NCBI GenBank assembly: GCA_030390025.1
Contig: JASTWF010000034.1
Coordinates: 1,736,001 to 1,800,000 of the forward strand
Reading direction: 5' to 3'
DNA: 64,000 nucleotides
Origin: Squalus acanthias
Lineage: Eukaryota
Shown: positions 24,247 to 38,605 of the stretch, one piece after another
Numbering within the stretch: position 1 is the stretch's first letter
How the letters are laid out: every line of letters starts with the position of its first letter
The notes under the pieces: generated by a model
Told to the model about the DNA's origin: nothing
Databases searched by the model: none
Seen by the model: only the letters and a program-made list of their open reading frames with translations
Program-made: the position numbers and the translations under genes

Positions 24247-27200
24247 CCACTGTATACCTCCCTCCAGCCCACTATACTGAACGCTGTGGAACTCCATTAT
24301 ATACCTCCCTCCAGTCCCCTGAACTGAACGCTGTGGAACTCCACTGTACACCTCCCTCGAGCCCCCAGTACTGAACCTTGGGAACTCTATTGCATACCTC
24401 CCTCGAGCCCCCAGTACTGAACCCTTGGGAACTCCACTGTATACCAGCCAGCAGACACCAGTACTGAACCCTGGGGAACTCCACTGTATACCTCGCTTCA
24501 GAACCCAGTACTGTACCCTGGGTATCTCCACTGTATACCTCCCTCCATCCCCCAGTACTGAACCCTGGGTATCTCCACTGTATAACTCCCCCCAGACCCC
24601 AGTACTGAACCCTGGGGAACTCCACTATATACCTCCCTCCATCCCCCAGTACTGAACCCTGGGTATCTCCACTGTATACCTCAACCCAGGCACCAGTACT
24701 GATACCTGGGGAACTCCACTATATACCTCGCACCAGCCCACAGTGCAGAACCCTGGGGAACTCCACTGTATACCTGCCTCCAGCCCTTGATACTGAACCC
24801 TGGGGAACTCCACTGTATACGTCCCTCCAACCACCAGTACTGAACCCTGGGAAACTGCACTGTATACCTAACTCCAGCGCCCCAACACTGAACCCTTTGG
24901 AACAGCATTGTATATCTCCCTGCAGCCCACAGTACTGAACAATGGGAAACACCACTGTATACCTCCCATCAATCCCCAGTACTGAACCCTGGCGAACTCC
25001 ACTGTATACGTCCCAGCAGCCCACAGTACTGAACCTGTGGAACTCCACTGTATACCTCCCTCCAGACCCCAGTACTGAACCCTGGGGAAATCCACTGTAT
25101 ACCTCCCTCCAGCCCCCCAGTCCTGAAACCGAGGGAACTCCACTGTGTACCTCCCTCCAGCCCCCAGTACTGAAACCTAGGGAACTCCACTGTATACCTC
25201 CCTCCAGCCCCCAGTACTGAACCCTGGGGAACTCCACTGTATACCTCACTCCAGGCCCTGCTACTGAACACAGGGGAAATCCAATGTATACCTCCCTCCA
25301 GTCACCAGTACTAAACTCTGGGGTACTCCACTGTATACCTCCCTCCAGTCACCAGTACTAAACTCTGGGGAACTCCACTGTATACCTCCCTCCAGCCGCC
25401 CAGTACTGAAACCTAGGGAACTCCAATGTATACTTCCCTCCAGACCCTAGTACTGAACACTGGGAAACTCCACTCTATACCTCTATCCAGCCCCCCAGTA
25501 CTGATCCCTGTGGAACAGCACTGTATACCTCCCTCCAACCCTCAGTGCTGAACCTTGGGGAACTCCACTGTATACTTCTCTCCAGCACCCCAGTAATGAA
25601 CCTTGGGGAACTCCAGTGTATACCTCCCCCCAGACACCAGTACTGAACACTTGTGATCTACACTGTATACCTCCGCCCAGTCCCCAGTACTGAACCCTGG
25701 GGAACTCCACTGTATACCTCCTTCCAGATCCCAGTTCTAAACCCTCGGGAACTCCACTGTATACCTCCCTTCAATCCCCAATATTGAACACTGGGGAACT
25801 GCACTGTACACCTCCCTCGAGCCCCCAGTACTGAACCCTTGGGAACTCCACTGTATACCAGCCAGCAGACACCAGTACTGAACCCTGGGGAACTCCACTG
25901 TATACCTCGCTTCAGAACCCAGTACTGTACCCTGGGTATCTCCACTGTATATCTCCCTCCATCCCCCAGTACTGAACCCTGGGTATCTCCACTGTATAAC
26001 TCCCCCCAGACCCCAGTACTGAACCCTGGGGAACTCCACTATATACCTCGCTCCATCCCCCAGTACTGAACCCTGGGTATCTCCACTGTATACCTCAACC
26101 CAGGCACCAGTACTGATACCTGGGGAACTCCACTATATACCTCGCACCAGCCCACAGTGCAGAACCCTGGGGAACTCCACTGTATACCTGCCTCCAGCCC
26201 CTGATACTGAACCCTGGGGAACTCCACTGTATACGTCCCTCCACCCACCAGTACTGAACCCTGGGAAACTGCACTGTATACCTAACTCCAGCGCCCCAAC
26301 ACTGAACCCTTTGGAACAGCATTGTATATCTCCCTGCAGCCCACAGTACTGAACAATGGGAAACACCACTGTATACCTCCCATCAATCCCCAGTACTGAA
26401 CCCTGGCGAACTCCACTGTATACGTCCCAACAGCCCACAGTACTGAACCTGTGGAACTCCACTGTATACCTCCCTCCAGACCCCAGTACTGAACCCTGGG
26501 GAAATCCACTGTATACCTCCCTCCAGCCCCCCAGTACTGAACCCTCGGGAACTCCACTGTATACCTCCCCCCAGTCACAAGTACTGAACCCTGGGGAACT
26601 CCACTCTATACCTCCCCCCAGACACAAGTACTGAACCCTGGTGAACTCCACTGTACAGCTTCCAACAGACAGCAACACTGATCCTTCGGGAACTCCACTG
26701 TATACCCTCCCTCCAGACACCAGTACTGAACGCTGTGGAACTCAACTGTACACCTCCCTCGAGCCCCCAGTACTGAACCCTTGGGAACTCCACTGTATAC
26801 CAGCCAGCAGACACCAGTACTGAACCCTGGGGAACTCCACTGTATACCTCCCTCCAGCCCCCATTACTGAACCCTGGGTATCTCCACTGTATACCTCCCC
26901 CCAGACCCCAGTACTGAACCCTGGGGAACTCCACTGTATACCTCCCTCCATCCCCCAGTACTGAACCCTGGGTATCTCCACTGTATACCTCAACCCAGGC
27001 ACCAGTACTGATACCTGGGGAACTCCACTATATACCTCCCTCCAGCCCACAGTGCAGAACCCTGGGGAACTCCACTGTCTACTTCCCTCCAGACCCCATT
27101 ACTCTACCCTGTTGAAATCCACTGTATGAATCGCTCGAATCCCCAGTACTGAACTGTGAGGAACTCCACTGTACACCTCTCTCCTGACCGCAGTACTGAA

Positions 27201-30200
27201 CCCTGTGGAACTCGACTGTTTACCTCCCTCCAGCCCCCAGTACTGAACCCTGCGTAACTGCACTGTATACATCCCTGCAGCACCCAGTACAGCGTCTTGG
27301 GTATGTCCAGTGTTTGCCTACATCTAGCCCCCTGATCTACACCCTGGGGAACTCCAATATATAACTCCCTTCAGCCCACAGTATTGATCGCTGGGGAACT
27401 CCACAGTATACCTCCCCCAGATCCCAGTACTGAACCCTGGATAACTCCTCTGCAAACCTCACTCCAGCCCCTGCTACTGAACCCTGGTGAACTCCACTGT
27501 ATAAATCCCTCCAGACCCCAGTACTGAACCCTGGGGAACTCCACTGTATAAATCCCTCCAGCCCCCAGTACTGAACCCTGGGGAACTCCACTGTATACCT
27601 CCCTCCAGACCCCAGTACTGAACCCTGGGGAACTCCACTGTATACCTCCCCACAGACACTTGGACTGAATACTGGGGTGCTCCACTGTATACCTCCCTCC
27701 AGACCCCAGTACTGAAACCGGGGAGCTCCACTGTATACCTCCCCCTAGACCCCAGCACTGAACACTGGGGAACTCCACGGTACACCTCCCCCCGGACCCC
27801 AGCACTGAACCCTAGGGAACTCCACTGCATACCTCACTACAACCCCCAGTACTGAACCCTGGGAAACTCTACTTCCCTCCAAGCTCAGTAATGAACACTG
27901 GGGAACTCCACTGTAGACCACCCGCCAGACACCAGCACTGAACCCTGGGGAACTCCACTGTATACCTGCCTCCAGCCCCTGATGCTGGTCCCTGGGGGAC
28001 TCCACTGTATACGTCCCTCCATCCACCAGCACTGAACCCTGGGAAACTGCACTGTATACCTAACTCCAGCGCCCCAGTACTGAACCCTTTGCAACAGCAT
28101 TGTATATCTCCCTGCAGCCCACAGTACTGAACCATGGGAAACACCACTGTATACCTCCCTCCAATCCACAATACTGAACCCTGGCGAACTCCACTGTATA
28201 CCGCCCTCCAGACCCTGCTACTGAACCTGGGGAAATCCAATGTATACCTCCCTCCACTCACCAGTACTGAACTCTGGGGAACTCCACTGTATACCTCCCT
28301 CCAGCCCCCATAACTGAACCCTGGGGAACGCCACTGTATACCTCCCTCCAGATACCAGTACTGAGCCCTGGGGAACTCCACTGTATACTTCCCTCCAGAC
28401 CCCAGTACTGAAACCTAGGGAGATCCACTGTATAACTGTCTCCAAACCACAGTACTGAGCCCTGGGGAACTCCACTGTATACCTCCCTCCAGACCCTAGT
28501 ACTAAACACTGGGGAACTCCACTGTATACCTCCCTCCAGCACCCCAGTACTGATATCTGTGGAACTCCACTGTATACCTCCCTCCAACCCTCAGTGCTGA
28601 TACTTGGGGAACTCCACTGTCTACCTCCTTCCAGCCCCCAGTACTGAACACTGGGGAACTCCACTGTATACCTCCTTCCAGATCCCAGTTCTAAACCCTC
28701 GGGAACTCCATTATATACCTCCCTTCAATCCCCAATATTGAACACTGGGGAACTGCACTGTACACCTCCCTCGAGCCCCCAGTACTGAACCTTGGGAACT
28801 CTATTGCATACCTCCCTCGAGCCCCCAGTACTGAACCCTTGGGAACTCCACTGTATACCAGCCAGCAGACACCAGTACTGAACCCTGGGGAACTCCACTG
28901 TATACCTCGCTTCAGAACCCAGTACTGTACCCTGGGTATCTCCACTGTATATCTCCCTCCATCCCCCAGTACTGAACCCTGGGTATCTCCACTGTATAAC
29001 TCCCCCCAGACCCCAGTACTGAACCCTGGGGAACTCCACTATATACCTCCCTCCATCCCCCAGTACTGAACCCTGGGTATCTCCACTGTATACCTCAACC
29101 CAGGCACCAGTACTGATACCTGGGGAACTCCACTATATACCTCGCACCAGCCCACAGTGCAGAACCCTGGGGAACTCCACTGTATACCTGCCTCCAGCCC
29201 CTGATACTGAACCCTGGGGAACTCCACTGTATACGTCCCTCCACCCACCAGTACTGAACCCTGGGAAACTGCACTGTATACCTAACTCTAGCGCCCCAAC
29301 ACTGAACCCTTTGGAACAGCATTGTATATCTCCCTGCAGCCCACAGTACTGAACAATGGGAAACACCACTGTATACCTCCCATCAATCCCCAGTACTGAA
29401 CCCTGGCGAACTCCACTGTATACGTCCCAACAGCCCACAGTACTGAACCTGTGGAACTCCACTGTATACCTCCCTCCAGACCCCAGTACTGAACCCTGGG
29501 GAAATCCACTGTATACCTCCCTCCAGCTCCCCAGTACTGAACCCTCGGGAACTCCACTGTATACCTCCCCCCAGTCACAAGTACTGAACCCTGGGGAACT
29601 CCACTCTATACCTCCCCCCAGACACAAGTACTGAACCCTGGTGAACTCCACTGTACAGCTTCCAACAGACAGCATCACTGATCCTTCGGGAACTCCACTG
29701 TATACCCTCCCTCCAGACACCAGTACTGAACGCTGTGGAACTCAACTGTACACCTCCCTCGAGCCCCCAGTACTGAAACCTAGGGAGATCCACTGTATAA
29801 CTGTCTCCAAACCACAGTACTGAGCCCTGGGGAACTCCACTGTATACCTCCCTCCAGACCCTAGTACTAAACACTGGGGAACTCCACTGTATACCTCCCT
29901 CCAGCACCCCAGTACTGAACCCTGGGAAGCTCCACTCTATACCTCTATCCAGCCCCCCAGTACTGATATCTGTGGAACTCCACTGTATACCTCCCTCCAA
30001 CCCTCAGTGCTGATACTTGGGGAACTCCACTGTCTACCTCCTTCCAGCCCCCAGTACTGAACACTGGGGAAATCCACCGAAAACCGCCCTCCAGCACCTG
30101 CTACTGTTCCCTGGGGAACTCCAATGTATACCTCCACCCAGACACAAGTACTGAACCCTGGAAATCTCCACTGTATACCTCCCTCCAGACCCCAAAACTG

Positions 30201-33200
30201 AATACTGCGGAACTCCACTGTATACCTGGCTCGAGCCCCCAGTACTGAATTGTGGGGAACTCCACTGTTTACCTCCCTCCAGCCCCAAGTACTGAACTCT
30301 GCGGACCTCAACTGTATACCTCCCCCCAGACCCCAGTACTGAACCCTGGGGAACTCCACTGTATACCTACCTCAAGTCTCCAGTACATAACCCTGGGGAA
30401 CTCCATTATATACCTCCCCTCAGGCACCAGTACTGAACCCTGGAGAATTCCACTGTATACCTCCCTCCAGCCCCTGCTACTGAAACCTGGCAAACTGCAC
30501 TGTATACCTACCTCCAGCCCCCCAGTACTGAACCCTGGGGAAATCCAATGTATACCTCCCTCCAGCCCCCCAGTACTAAACCCTGGGGAAATCCACTGTA
30601 TACCTCCCCCGAGAACCCAGCAATGATCCCTGGAGTACTCCACTTTATCCCTCCCTCCAGACGCCAGTACGGAACCCTGGGGAACTCCACTGTGTACCTC
30701 CCTCCAGACCCTGCTGCTGAACCCTGAGGAACATCACTATATAACTCCTTCCAGACCCCAGTACTGAACCCTGGGGTACTCCACTGTATACAACCATCCA
30801 GCCCCTGCTACTGAACCCTTGGGAACTCCACTGTATACCTCCATCCAACCCCAGTACTGAACTCTGGGGAACTCCTCTGTATACCTCCCTCCGCACCCCA
30901 GTACTGAACACTGGGGAGCTCCACTGTAAACCTCCCTCCAGCACCCAAAACTGAATACAGCGGAACTCCACCGTATACCTATCCCAGACACCTGCACTGA
31001 GCCCTTGGGGTCTCCACTGCATACCTCGCTCGAGCCCCCAGTACTGAACTGTGGGGAACTCCACTGTACACCTCCCTCCAAGCCCCAGTACTGAACCCTG
31101 GGGAACTACACTGTATACCTCCCTCCAGCTCCTGCTACTGAAACCTGGCAAACTGCACTGTATACCTCCCTCCAGCCCCCCAGTACTGAACGCTGGGGAA
31201 ATCCAATGTATACCTCCCTCCAGTCCCCCAGTACTAAACCCTGGGGAAATCCACTGTATACCTCCCCCGAGAACCCAGCAATGATCCCTGGAGAACTCCA
31301 CTGTATACCTCCCTCCAGCCCACAGTACTGAACCCTGGGGAACTCCACTGTATACCTCCCTCCAGCCCCCGCTACTGAACCCTGGGGAAATCCACTGTAT
31401 ACATCCCTCCACTCCCCAGTACTGAACCCTGGGGAACTCCACTGTATACCTCCCTCCAGCCCCCAGTACTGAACCCCGGGGAATTCCACTTTATACCTCC
31501 CTCCAGACGCCAGTACGGAACCCTGGGGACCTCCACTGTGTACCTCCCTCCAGACCCTGCTACTGAACCCTGAGGAACATCACTACATACCTCCTTCCAG
31601 ACCCCAGTTCTGAACCCTCGGGAACTCCACTCTATACCTCCCTCCAGCCCACAGTACTGAACCCCGGGGAACTCCACTGTATACAACCGTCCAGCCCCTG
31701 CTACTGAACCCTAGGGCGCTCCACTGTATACCTCCATCCAACCCCCAGTACTGAACTCTGGGGAACTCCTCTGTATACCTCCCTCCGCACCCCAGTACTG
31801 AACACTGGGGAGCTCCACTGTAAACCTCCCTCCAGCCCCCCAAAACTGAATACTGCGGAACTCCACCGTATACCTATCCCAGACACCTGCACTGAGCCCT
31901 GGGTGTCTCCACTGTATACCTCGCTCGAGCCCCCAGTACTGAACTGTGGGGAGCTCCACTGTACACCTCCCTCCAGGCCCCAGTACTGAACCCTGGGGAA
32001 CTCCACTGTATACATCCCTCCAGGAACCAGTACAGCTTCCTGGATTTGTCCAGTGCTTGCCGACTCCAGCCCCCAGTTCTGATCGCTGGGGAAATCCAAT
32101 GTATACATCTCTCCATCCCCCACGACTATACCCTGGGGAACTCCACATTCTACCTCCCTCCAGACCCCAGTTCTGAACCCTGTGGAACTCCACTGTATAC
32201 CTCCCTCCTGCCGCTGCTACTAAAACCCTGGGGAACTCCACTGTATACCTCCCTCCTGACCCTGCTACTGAACCCTGGGGAACTCCACTGTATACCTCCC
32301 TCCTGACCCTGCTACTGAACCCTGGGAAACACCACTGTATACATCCCTCTAGCCCCCAGTAAAGCGTCCTGGGTATGTCCAGTGTTTGCCTACCTCCAGC
32401 CCCCTGTTCTGAACCCTGGGCATCTCCACTGTATACCTCCCCCCCTACACCAGCACTAAACCCTGGGGAACTCCACTCTATACCTCCCCCCAGACACCAG
32501 TACTGAACCCTGGGGAACTCCACTGTATACCTCCATCAAGACCCTAGTACTGAACCCTGCGGAACTCCACTGTATACCTCCTTCCAGACCCTGCTACTGA
32601 ACCCTGGGGAACGAGACTGTGTAGCTCCTTCCAGACTCCAGTAATGAACCCTGGGGAATGCCACTGTATACCTCCCTCCAGCCCCCAGTATTGAACCCTG
32701 GGGATCTCCACTGTATACCTCCATCGAGCCCCCAGTACTGAACTGTGGGGAACGCCACTGTACACCTCTCTCCAGACCCCAATACTGAACCCTGGGGAAC
32801 TCCACTGTACACATCCACCAGCCCCTAGTACAGCGTCCTGGTTATGTCCAGTGTTTGCCTACCTCCAGCCACCAGTTCTAAACCCTGGGGAACTCCAATT
32901 TATACCTCCCTTCTGCAAGCAGTACTGATCGCTGGGGAAATCCACTGTACACCTCCCTCCAGTCACCACTACTGAAACCTGGGGAACTCCACTGTTCAGA
33001 TCCCCCCAGACAGCAGTACTGAACCCTGGGGAACTCCACTGTATACCACCCTCCAGACCCCAGTTCTGAACCCTGGGGAACTCCACTGTATACCTTCACC
33101 CAGACACCAGTACTGAACCCTGGGGAACTCCTCTGTATACCTCCCTCCAGACAACAGTATTTAACCCTGGGGAACTCCACTGTATACCTCCTTCCAGCCC

Positions 33201-34245
33201 ACAATACTGAACGCTGGGGAACTCCACTGTACAGCTCCCTCGAGCTCCCAGTTCTGAGTCCTGGGGAACTCCACTGTATACCTCCCGGAAGACCCCAGAA
33301 CCGAACCCTGAGGGACTCCATTGTATACCTCCTTCCTGTCCCCAGGACTGACACCTTGGGAACTCCTCTGTATACCTTCCTCCAGCCCCCAAAACTGAAT
33401 AATGCGGAACTCAACTGTCTACCTTCCTCCAGACCCCAGTACTGAACCCTGGGGAACTCCACTGTATACCTCCCCCCAGACACGAGCGCTGAACCATGGG
33501 GAACTCCATTGTACACCTCTCTCCAGACACCGGTATTGAACCCTGGGGATCTCCACTGTATACCTCCCTCCAGACCCCAGTACTGAACCCTGGTGAACTC
33601 CATTGTATACCTCCCCCCAGATACCAGCACTGAACCCTGGGGATCTCCACTGTATACCTCGCTCGAGCCCCCAGTACTGAACTGTGTGGAACGCCACTGT
33701 ACACCTCTCTCCACACCCCAGTGCTGAAACCTGGGGAACTCCACTGTATGCAGCCCTCCAGCCCCAAGTACAGCCTCCTGGGTATGTCCAGTGTTTGCCT
33801 ACCTCCAGCCCCCTGTACTGAACCCTGGGGATCTCCACTGTATACCTTCCCCCAGACACCAGTACTGAATTCTGGGAAACTCCACTGTATACCTCCCTTC
33901 AGCCCAAATTACTGTCCCCTGGGGAATTCCACTGAAAACCTCCCTCCAACCCACAATAGTGAAGTCTGGGGAACTCCACTGTATACCTGCCTCCTGCCCC
34001 TGCTACTGAATACTAGGGAACTCCACTGTATACCTCCCTGCAGGCTCCTGTACTGAACCCTCGGGACCTCCACTGTACACCTCCCTCGAGCCCCCAGTAC
34101 TGAACCCTGGGGAACTCTATTACAGACCTCCCTCGAGCCCCAAGTACTGAACCCTGGGGAACTCCACTGTATACCTCCTTCCAGCCCACAATACTGAACG
34201 CTGGGGTACTCCACTGTATACCTCCCACAAGCCCCCATGACTGAA
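24247..34245 (-). repeat. 47-bp satellite derived from the CR1 RT motif (left block, roughly 210 units by length)
   Basis: Unit GTACTGAACCCTGGGGAACTCCACTGTATACCTCCCTCCAGACCCCA. The minus strand translates as [15 protein letters not shown]. Confidence 0.97.
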
Positions 34246-37160
34246 CATAGAATCATAGGAGCAGGAGCATGCCATTCAGCCCCTAGAGTCAGCTGCTCCA
34301 TTCAAGGAGATCATGGCTGATCATCCAAATTCAGTACCCTGTCCCTGCTTTCTCCCCATATCCATTGATCCCTTTAGCCTTAAGAATTATATCGAACTCC
34401 TTCTTGAATATATTTAATGAGTTGGCCTCAACTGCCTTTTGTGATAGAGAATTCCACAGGTTCAAAACTCTTTGGATGAAGAAATTCCTCCTCATCTCTG
34501 TCCTAAATGGCTTATCCCTTATCGTCAGACTGTGACCCCTGGTTCTGGACTCCCCGGCCATCGGGAACATCCTTCCTGGTCCTAGTCTGTTTATAAGTTT
34601 CAATGAGATCCCCTCTCATTCTTCTGAACTCCAGCGAGTATAAGCCCAATCTACCCAATCTCTCCTCATCCGTTATTCCTGCCATCCCAGGTATCAGTCT
34701 GGTGAATCTTCGCTGCACTCCCTCCATGGCAAGAACATGCTTCCTCAGATAAGGCGACCAAAACTGCACAAAATACTCAAGATGTGGTCTCACCAAGGCT
34801 CTGTGCAACTGCAGCAAGACATCCTTGTTCCTGTACTCGAACCCTCTCGCTACGAAGGCCAACATCCATTTGCCTTCTTAACCGCCTGCTGCACCTGCAT
34901 GCTTACCTTCAGTGACTGGTGCACAAGGACACCCAGTTCTAGTTGCACTTCCCCTTCTCCCAATCTATTGCCATTCAGATAATAATCTGCCTCCTGTCTT
35001 TGCCAACAAAGTGGATAACCTCGCATTTATCCACGTTATATTGCATTTGCCATGCATCAGCCCAATCACCCAACCTATCCAAATCATCCTGGAGTTTCTC
35101 TGCATCCTCCTCACAGCACACACACCCACCCAGCTTTGTGTCGTCTGCAAACTCTAAGATATTACATCTAGTTCCGTTGTCTAGATCATTAATATATATT
35201 GTGAATAGCTTTGGTCTAAGGATCGATCCCTGCGGTACCCCACTAGTCACTGCCTGCCACTCGGAAAAAGACTCGTTTATTCCAACTGAATGCTTCCTGT
35301 CTGCCAACCAGTTCTCTATCCAAGTCAGTACACTGCCCACAATCGCATGTGCCTTAACTTTACATGCTAATCTCTTATGCGGGACCTTATCGAAAGCCTT
35401 CTGAAAGTCCAAATACACCACATCCACTGGTTCTCCCTTATCTATTTTACCAGTTACATCCTCAAAAAATTCCAGTAGATTAGTCAAGCACGATGTTACC
35501 TTATGTAAATCCATGTTGATTTTGACCGATCCTGTCACTGTTTTCCAAGTGCTCTGCTATTACATCTTTTGTAATGGACTCCAACAATATCCCCACTACC
35601 GATGTCAGGCTTCCCTGTCTATAATTCCCCGTTTTCTCCCTACCTCCTTTTTTAAATAGTGGGGTAACACTAGCTGCCCTCCAATCCATGGGAATTATTC
35701 CAGTGTCTATAGAATTTTGGAAGATGACTAGCAATGCATCTAGTATTTCTAAGGCCACTTCCTGAAGTTCCCTAGGATGTAGATTATCAGGCCCTGGGGA
35801 TGACTCTGCCTTCAATCCCATCAATTTCTCTAACACCATTTCCCTACAATTACTGATTTATTTCAGATCCTCCCTCTCATTAGACCCTATGTTCCCCGAC
35901 ATCTCTGGGGAGGTTATTTGTGTCCTCCTTTGTGAAGACAGAAACAAAGTATGTATTCGATTGGTCTGCCAGTTTCTTGTTCTCCATTATAAATTCCCCT
36001 GATTCTGACTGCAAGGGACCTACGCTTGACTTCACCAATCTTTTTCTCTTCACATAATTATAGAAGCTTTTACGGTCAGTTTTTATGTTCCTCGCAATCT
36101 TACTCTCATACTCTATTTTCCCCCTCTTAATTAATCCCTTTGTCCTCCTCTGCTGAAACCTAAACTGCTCCCAATCCTCAGGTTTGCTGCTTTTTCTGGC
36201 CAATTTATATGTCCTCTCTTTGGATCTTATGCTATCCCTAATTTCCCGTGTTATCAACGGTTGATTCACATTTTTGTTTTATTTTTATGCCAAACAGGTC
36301 AGAACAAATTCTGTAGTTCATCCATGCGATCTTTAAATGTTTGCCTTTGCCTATCCACCATCAACCCTTTGATTAACATTCCCCAATCAATCCTACCCAA
36401 TTCGCGCCTCGTACCATCATAGTTTCCTTTATTTAAATTGAGGACCCTAGTTTCTGAGTCAAATACTTCACTCTCCATCTTAATGAAGAATTCGATCATA
36501 TTATGATCACTCCACCCCAAGGGGCCTCGCACAACAAGATTCCTAATTATTCCTTTCTAATTACATAATACCCATTCTAAGATGGCCTGATCTCGAGTTG
36601 GTTCCTCGACATATTGGTCCAGGAACCCATCCAGTATGCACTCCAGACATACTTCCTCCACAGTATTGTTACTAATTTGGTTAGCCCAATCTATATGTAG
36701 ATTAAAGTCACCCATGATAACTGCACTGCCCTTATTGCACACGTCTCTAATTTCCCGTTGAATGCCATCCCCAACTTCAGCATTACTGTTTGGGGGTCTG
36801 TATACAACTCCCACTAACGTTTTCTGCCCCTTGGTATTGCTCAGCTCTACCCATACAGATTCTACATCATCAGAGCTAATATCCTTCCTTACAATTGTGT
36901 TAATCTCCTCTTTAAACAGCAATGCTACCCGATTCCTTTTCCGGTTTGCCTGTCTTTCCTGAATATTGAATACCCCTGGATGTTGAATTCCCAGCCTTGT
37001 CACCCTGGAGCCATGTTTCCGTTATCCCAATCATATCATATCCGTTTACATCTATTTGCGCCACTAATTCATCCACCTTATTACGAATGCTCCTCGCATT
37101 CAGATACAAAGCCTTCAGGCTTGTTTTTTAACACTCTTAGACCTTTTAGAATTATTATTT
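34246..37160 (-). mobile_element. CR1 LINE (ORF2 EN+RT, no ORF1) inserted in the 47-bp satellite
   Basis: YLNARSIRNK, GDFN, WSDH, KAFDKVPH and FADD in broken frames. CATAGAAT tail at 34246. Confidence 0.96.
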
Positions 37161-38605
37161 ACCGGGGAACTCCACTGTCTACCTCCCTCTAGACCCCAGT
37201 ACTGAACTCTGGGGAACTCCACTGTATACCTCCCCCCGGATACCAGTACTGAACTCTGGGGAACTCCACTGTCTACCTCCCTGCAGTCCCCAGTGCTGCA
37301 CCCTGGGGAACTTCACTGTATACCTCCCACCAGACACCAGGACTGAACCCTGGGGAATTCCACTGTATACTTCCCCCCAGCCCCCAGTACTGATCCCTGG
37401 GTAACTCCACTGTATACTTCCCCCCAGACACCAGTACTGAACCCTGGGGAACTCCACTGTGTACCTCCCTCCAGACCCCAGTCCTGAATCCTGGGGAAGT
37501 CCACTGTATACCTTCCTCCAGCCCCCAGTATTGAACCCTGGGGAACTGCACTATATACCTCCCTCCAGCCCCTGCTACTGAACCATGGGGAACTCCACTG
37601 TATACCTCCCTCCAGCCCCCAGCATTAAACTCTGGGGACCTCCACTGTATATGTCCCCCCCAGACCCCAGTACTGAATCTTGGGGAACTCCACTGTAAGC
37701 CTCCTTCCAGACCCCAGTACTGAACCCTGGGGAACTCCACTGTATACCTCCCTCCAGACCCCAGTACGGAACGCTGGTGAACTCCACTGTATACCACCCT
37801 CCAGACCCCAGTACTGAACCCTGGGGAACTCCACTGTATTCCTCCCTCCAGACCCCAGTACTGAACCCTGGGGAACTCCACTGTATACCTCCCTCCAGAC
37901 CCCAGTACTGAACCCTGGGGAACTCCACTATATACCTCCCTCCAGACCCCAGTACAGGACCCTGGGGAAATCCACTATATACCTCCCCCCAGACCCCAGT
38001 ACTGAACCCTGGCAAACTCCACTATATAACTCAATCCAGACCCCAGTACTGAAACCTGGGGAACTCCACTGTATACCTCCCTCCAGACCCCAGTACTGAA
38101 CCCTGGGGAACTCCACTGTATACCTCCCTCCAGACCCCAGTACTAAACTCTGGGGACCTCCACTGTATACGTCCCCCCCAGACCCCAGTACTGAACCTTG
38201 GGGAACTCCACTGTAAGCCTCCTTCCAGACCCCAGTACTGAACCCTGGGGAACTCCACTGTATACCTCCCTCCAGACCCCAGTACGGAACGCTGGTGAAC
38301 TCCACTGTATACCACCCTCCAGACCCCAATACTGAACCCTGGGGAACTCCACTGTATACCTTCCTCCAGACCCTAGTACTGAACCCTGGGGAACTCCACT
38401 GCATACCTCCCTCCAGACCCCAGTACTGAACCCTGGGGAACTCCACTGTATACTTCCCTCCAGACCCCAGTACTGAACCCTGGGGAACTCCACTGTATAC
38501 TTCCCTCCAGACCCCAGTACTGAACCCTGGGGAACTCCACTGTATACCTCCCCCCAGACCCCAGTACTGAACCCTGGGGAACTCCACTCTTTACCTCCCT
38601 CCGAC
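37161..38605 (-). repeat. 47-bp CR1-derived satellite (right block, ~30 units)
   Basis: Same unit as the left block and more homogeneous. Confidence 0.97.

Noticed and set aside
19539..24250. Long Ser/Leu/His/Thr-rich ORFs (577, 472 and 290 aa)
   Set aside because: They are translations of CT/CA microsatellite, with no domain or gene structure.
24247..38605. CRISPR-like array (regular repeats with a hairpin)
   Set aside because: There are no unique spacers, as the whole unit is repeated. There are no cas genes, the context is vertebrate, and the unit is explained by CR1 RT sequence.
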